64,000 nucleotides of DNA from Takakia lepidozioides (lineage: Eukaryota; Plantae; Bryophyta): assembly GCA_030704615.1 (NCBI GenBank), contig CM060732.1, forward strand, positions 53,754,001 through 53,818,000, written 5' to 3'. The translations under genes were made by a program, and so were the position numbers. Shown in pieces: positions 63,507 through 64,000 of this stretch (position 1 is its first letter; each line of letters starts with the position of its first letter). The notes beneath the pieces were generated by a model that saw only the letters and a list, made by a program, of their open reading frames with translations, was not told the DNA's origin and searched no databases.

Positions 63507-64000
63507 GGACACGTGCGCCACTGCGCAAGCGACACATCATGCATTCGTCAGGGGATCATATGACCATATGTCTACAAAGTGATGCCTACATGGAGAGGCG
63601 ACGGATGAACACGTGCGCCACTGCGAATTTGACATGTCACGACTTCTTGCCATGATCATATGACTACATGTCTACACAGTGATGCCTACATGGAGAGGCG
63701 CTAGCGAGAGACAGATTTCACACGTGGTGACTACATGACTCGCTCATATGACTACAGGGATGTCTACATGGAGAGTTGTTAGCGGGACACCTGTTGCACT
63801 TGAGATGTGACATGTGGCACACAGACAAAATATATGACTAGCATATATGACTACGGATCTTTACACGTGGTGAAAATATGGATAAAGAATGTCGTGTCAT
63901 ATACTGCCACGTGTTCTGGTTCGAGCAAGAGTGATGCCACGTGTCATGAAGATTGTTTTCCGAAATAGTTTATATTTTTAATGTTCATATTTTAATTTTT
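63507..64000 (-). mobile_element. Second copy of the CACTA subterminal region, inverted, lacking the terminal ~260 bp; runs out of the window
   Basis: Near-identical reverse complement of ~4010-4511. Confidence 0.92.

Overview
Eukaryotic, intron-rich land-plant nuclear DNA. The many PLS-DYW PPR genes and the retroelement types suggest a seed-free plant, but the species cannot be called from the sequence. Intact-looking genes: two PLS-E-DYW RNA-editing PPR genes forming a head-to-head ~9.5 kb imperfect palindrome (7238-16718), an F-box/PP2 lectin gene (-), a 12-exon GMC/cholesterol-oxidase-like oxidoreductase fused to an alpha/beta-hydrolase (+), and TDP1 (-). Pseudogenes and fragments: two disrupted PPR-DYW genes, a degenerate PPR relic, an inverted 5' partial TDP1 copy, an L-gulonolactone-oxidase-like relic and a homoserine-kinase fragment. 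Mobile DNA: a CACTA element carrying an FCP1-like HAD domain, with a second inverted copy at the far end of the window; a 5'-truncated RNase H + restriction-like-endonuclease (Dualen/RandI-like) LINE; two tRNA-derived SINE families; several MITE-like fold-backs; a possible piggyBac-like element; and a PHD-bearing Ty3/gypsy fragment. Two observations stand out. (1) The RLE-LINE and one tRNA-SINE family share a 3'-terminal RNA architecture with different stem sequences but conserved junctions, suggesting a LINE-SINE mobilisation pair. (2) The palindromic PPR-DYW pair carries a spliced, frame-conserved ~175-aa N-terminal leader missed by the ORF track, and its first exon is recognisable in all four PPR-DYW genes. 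All alignments and folds were done by eye; identities are approximate.
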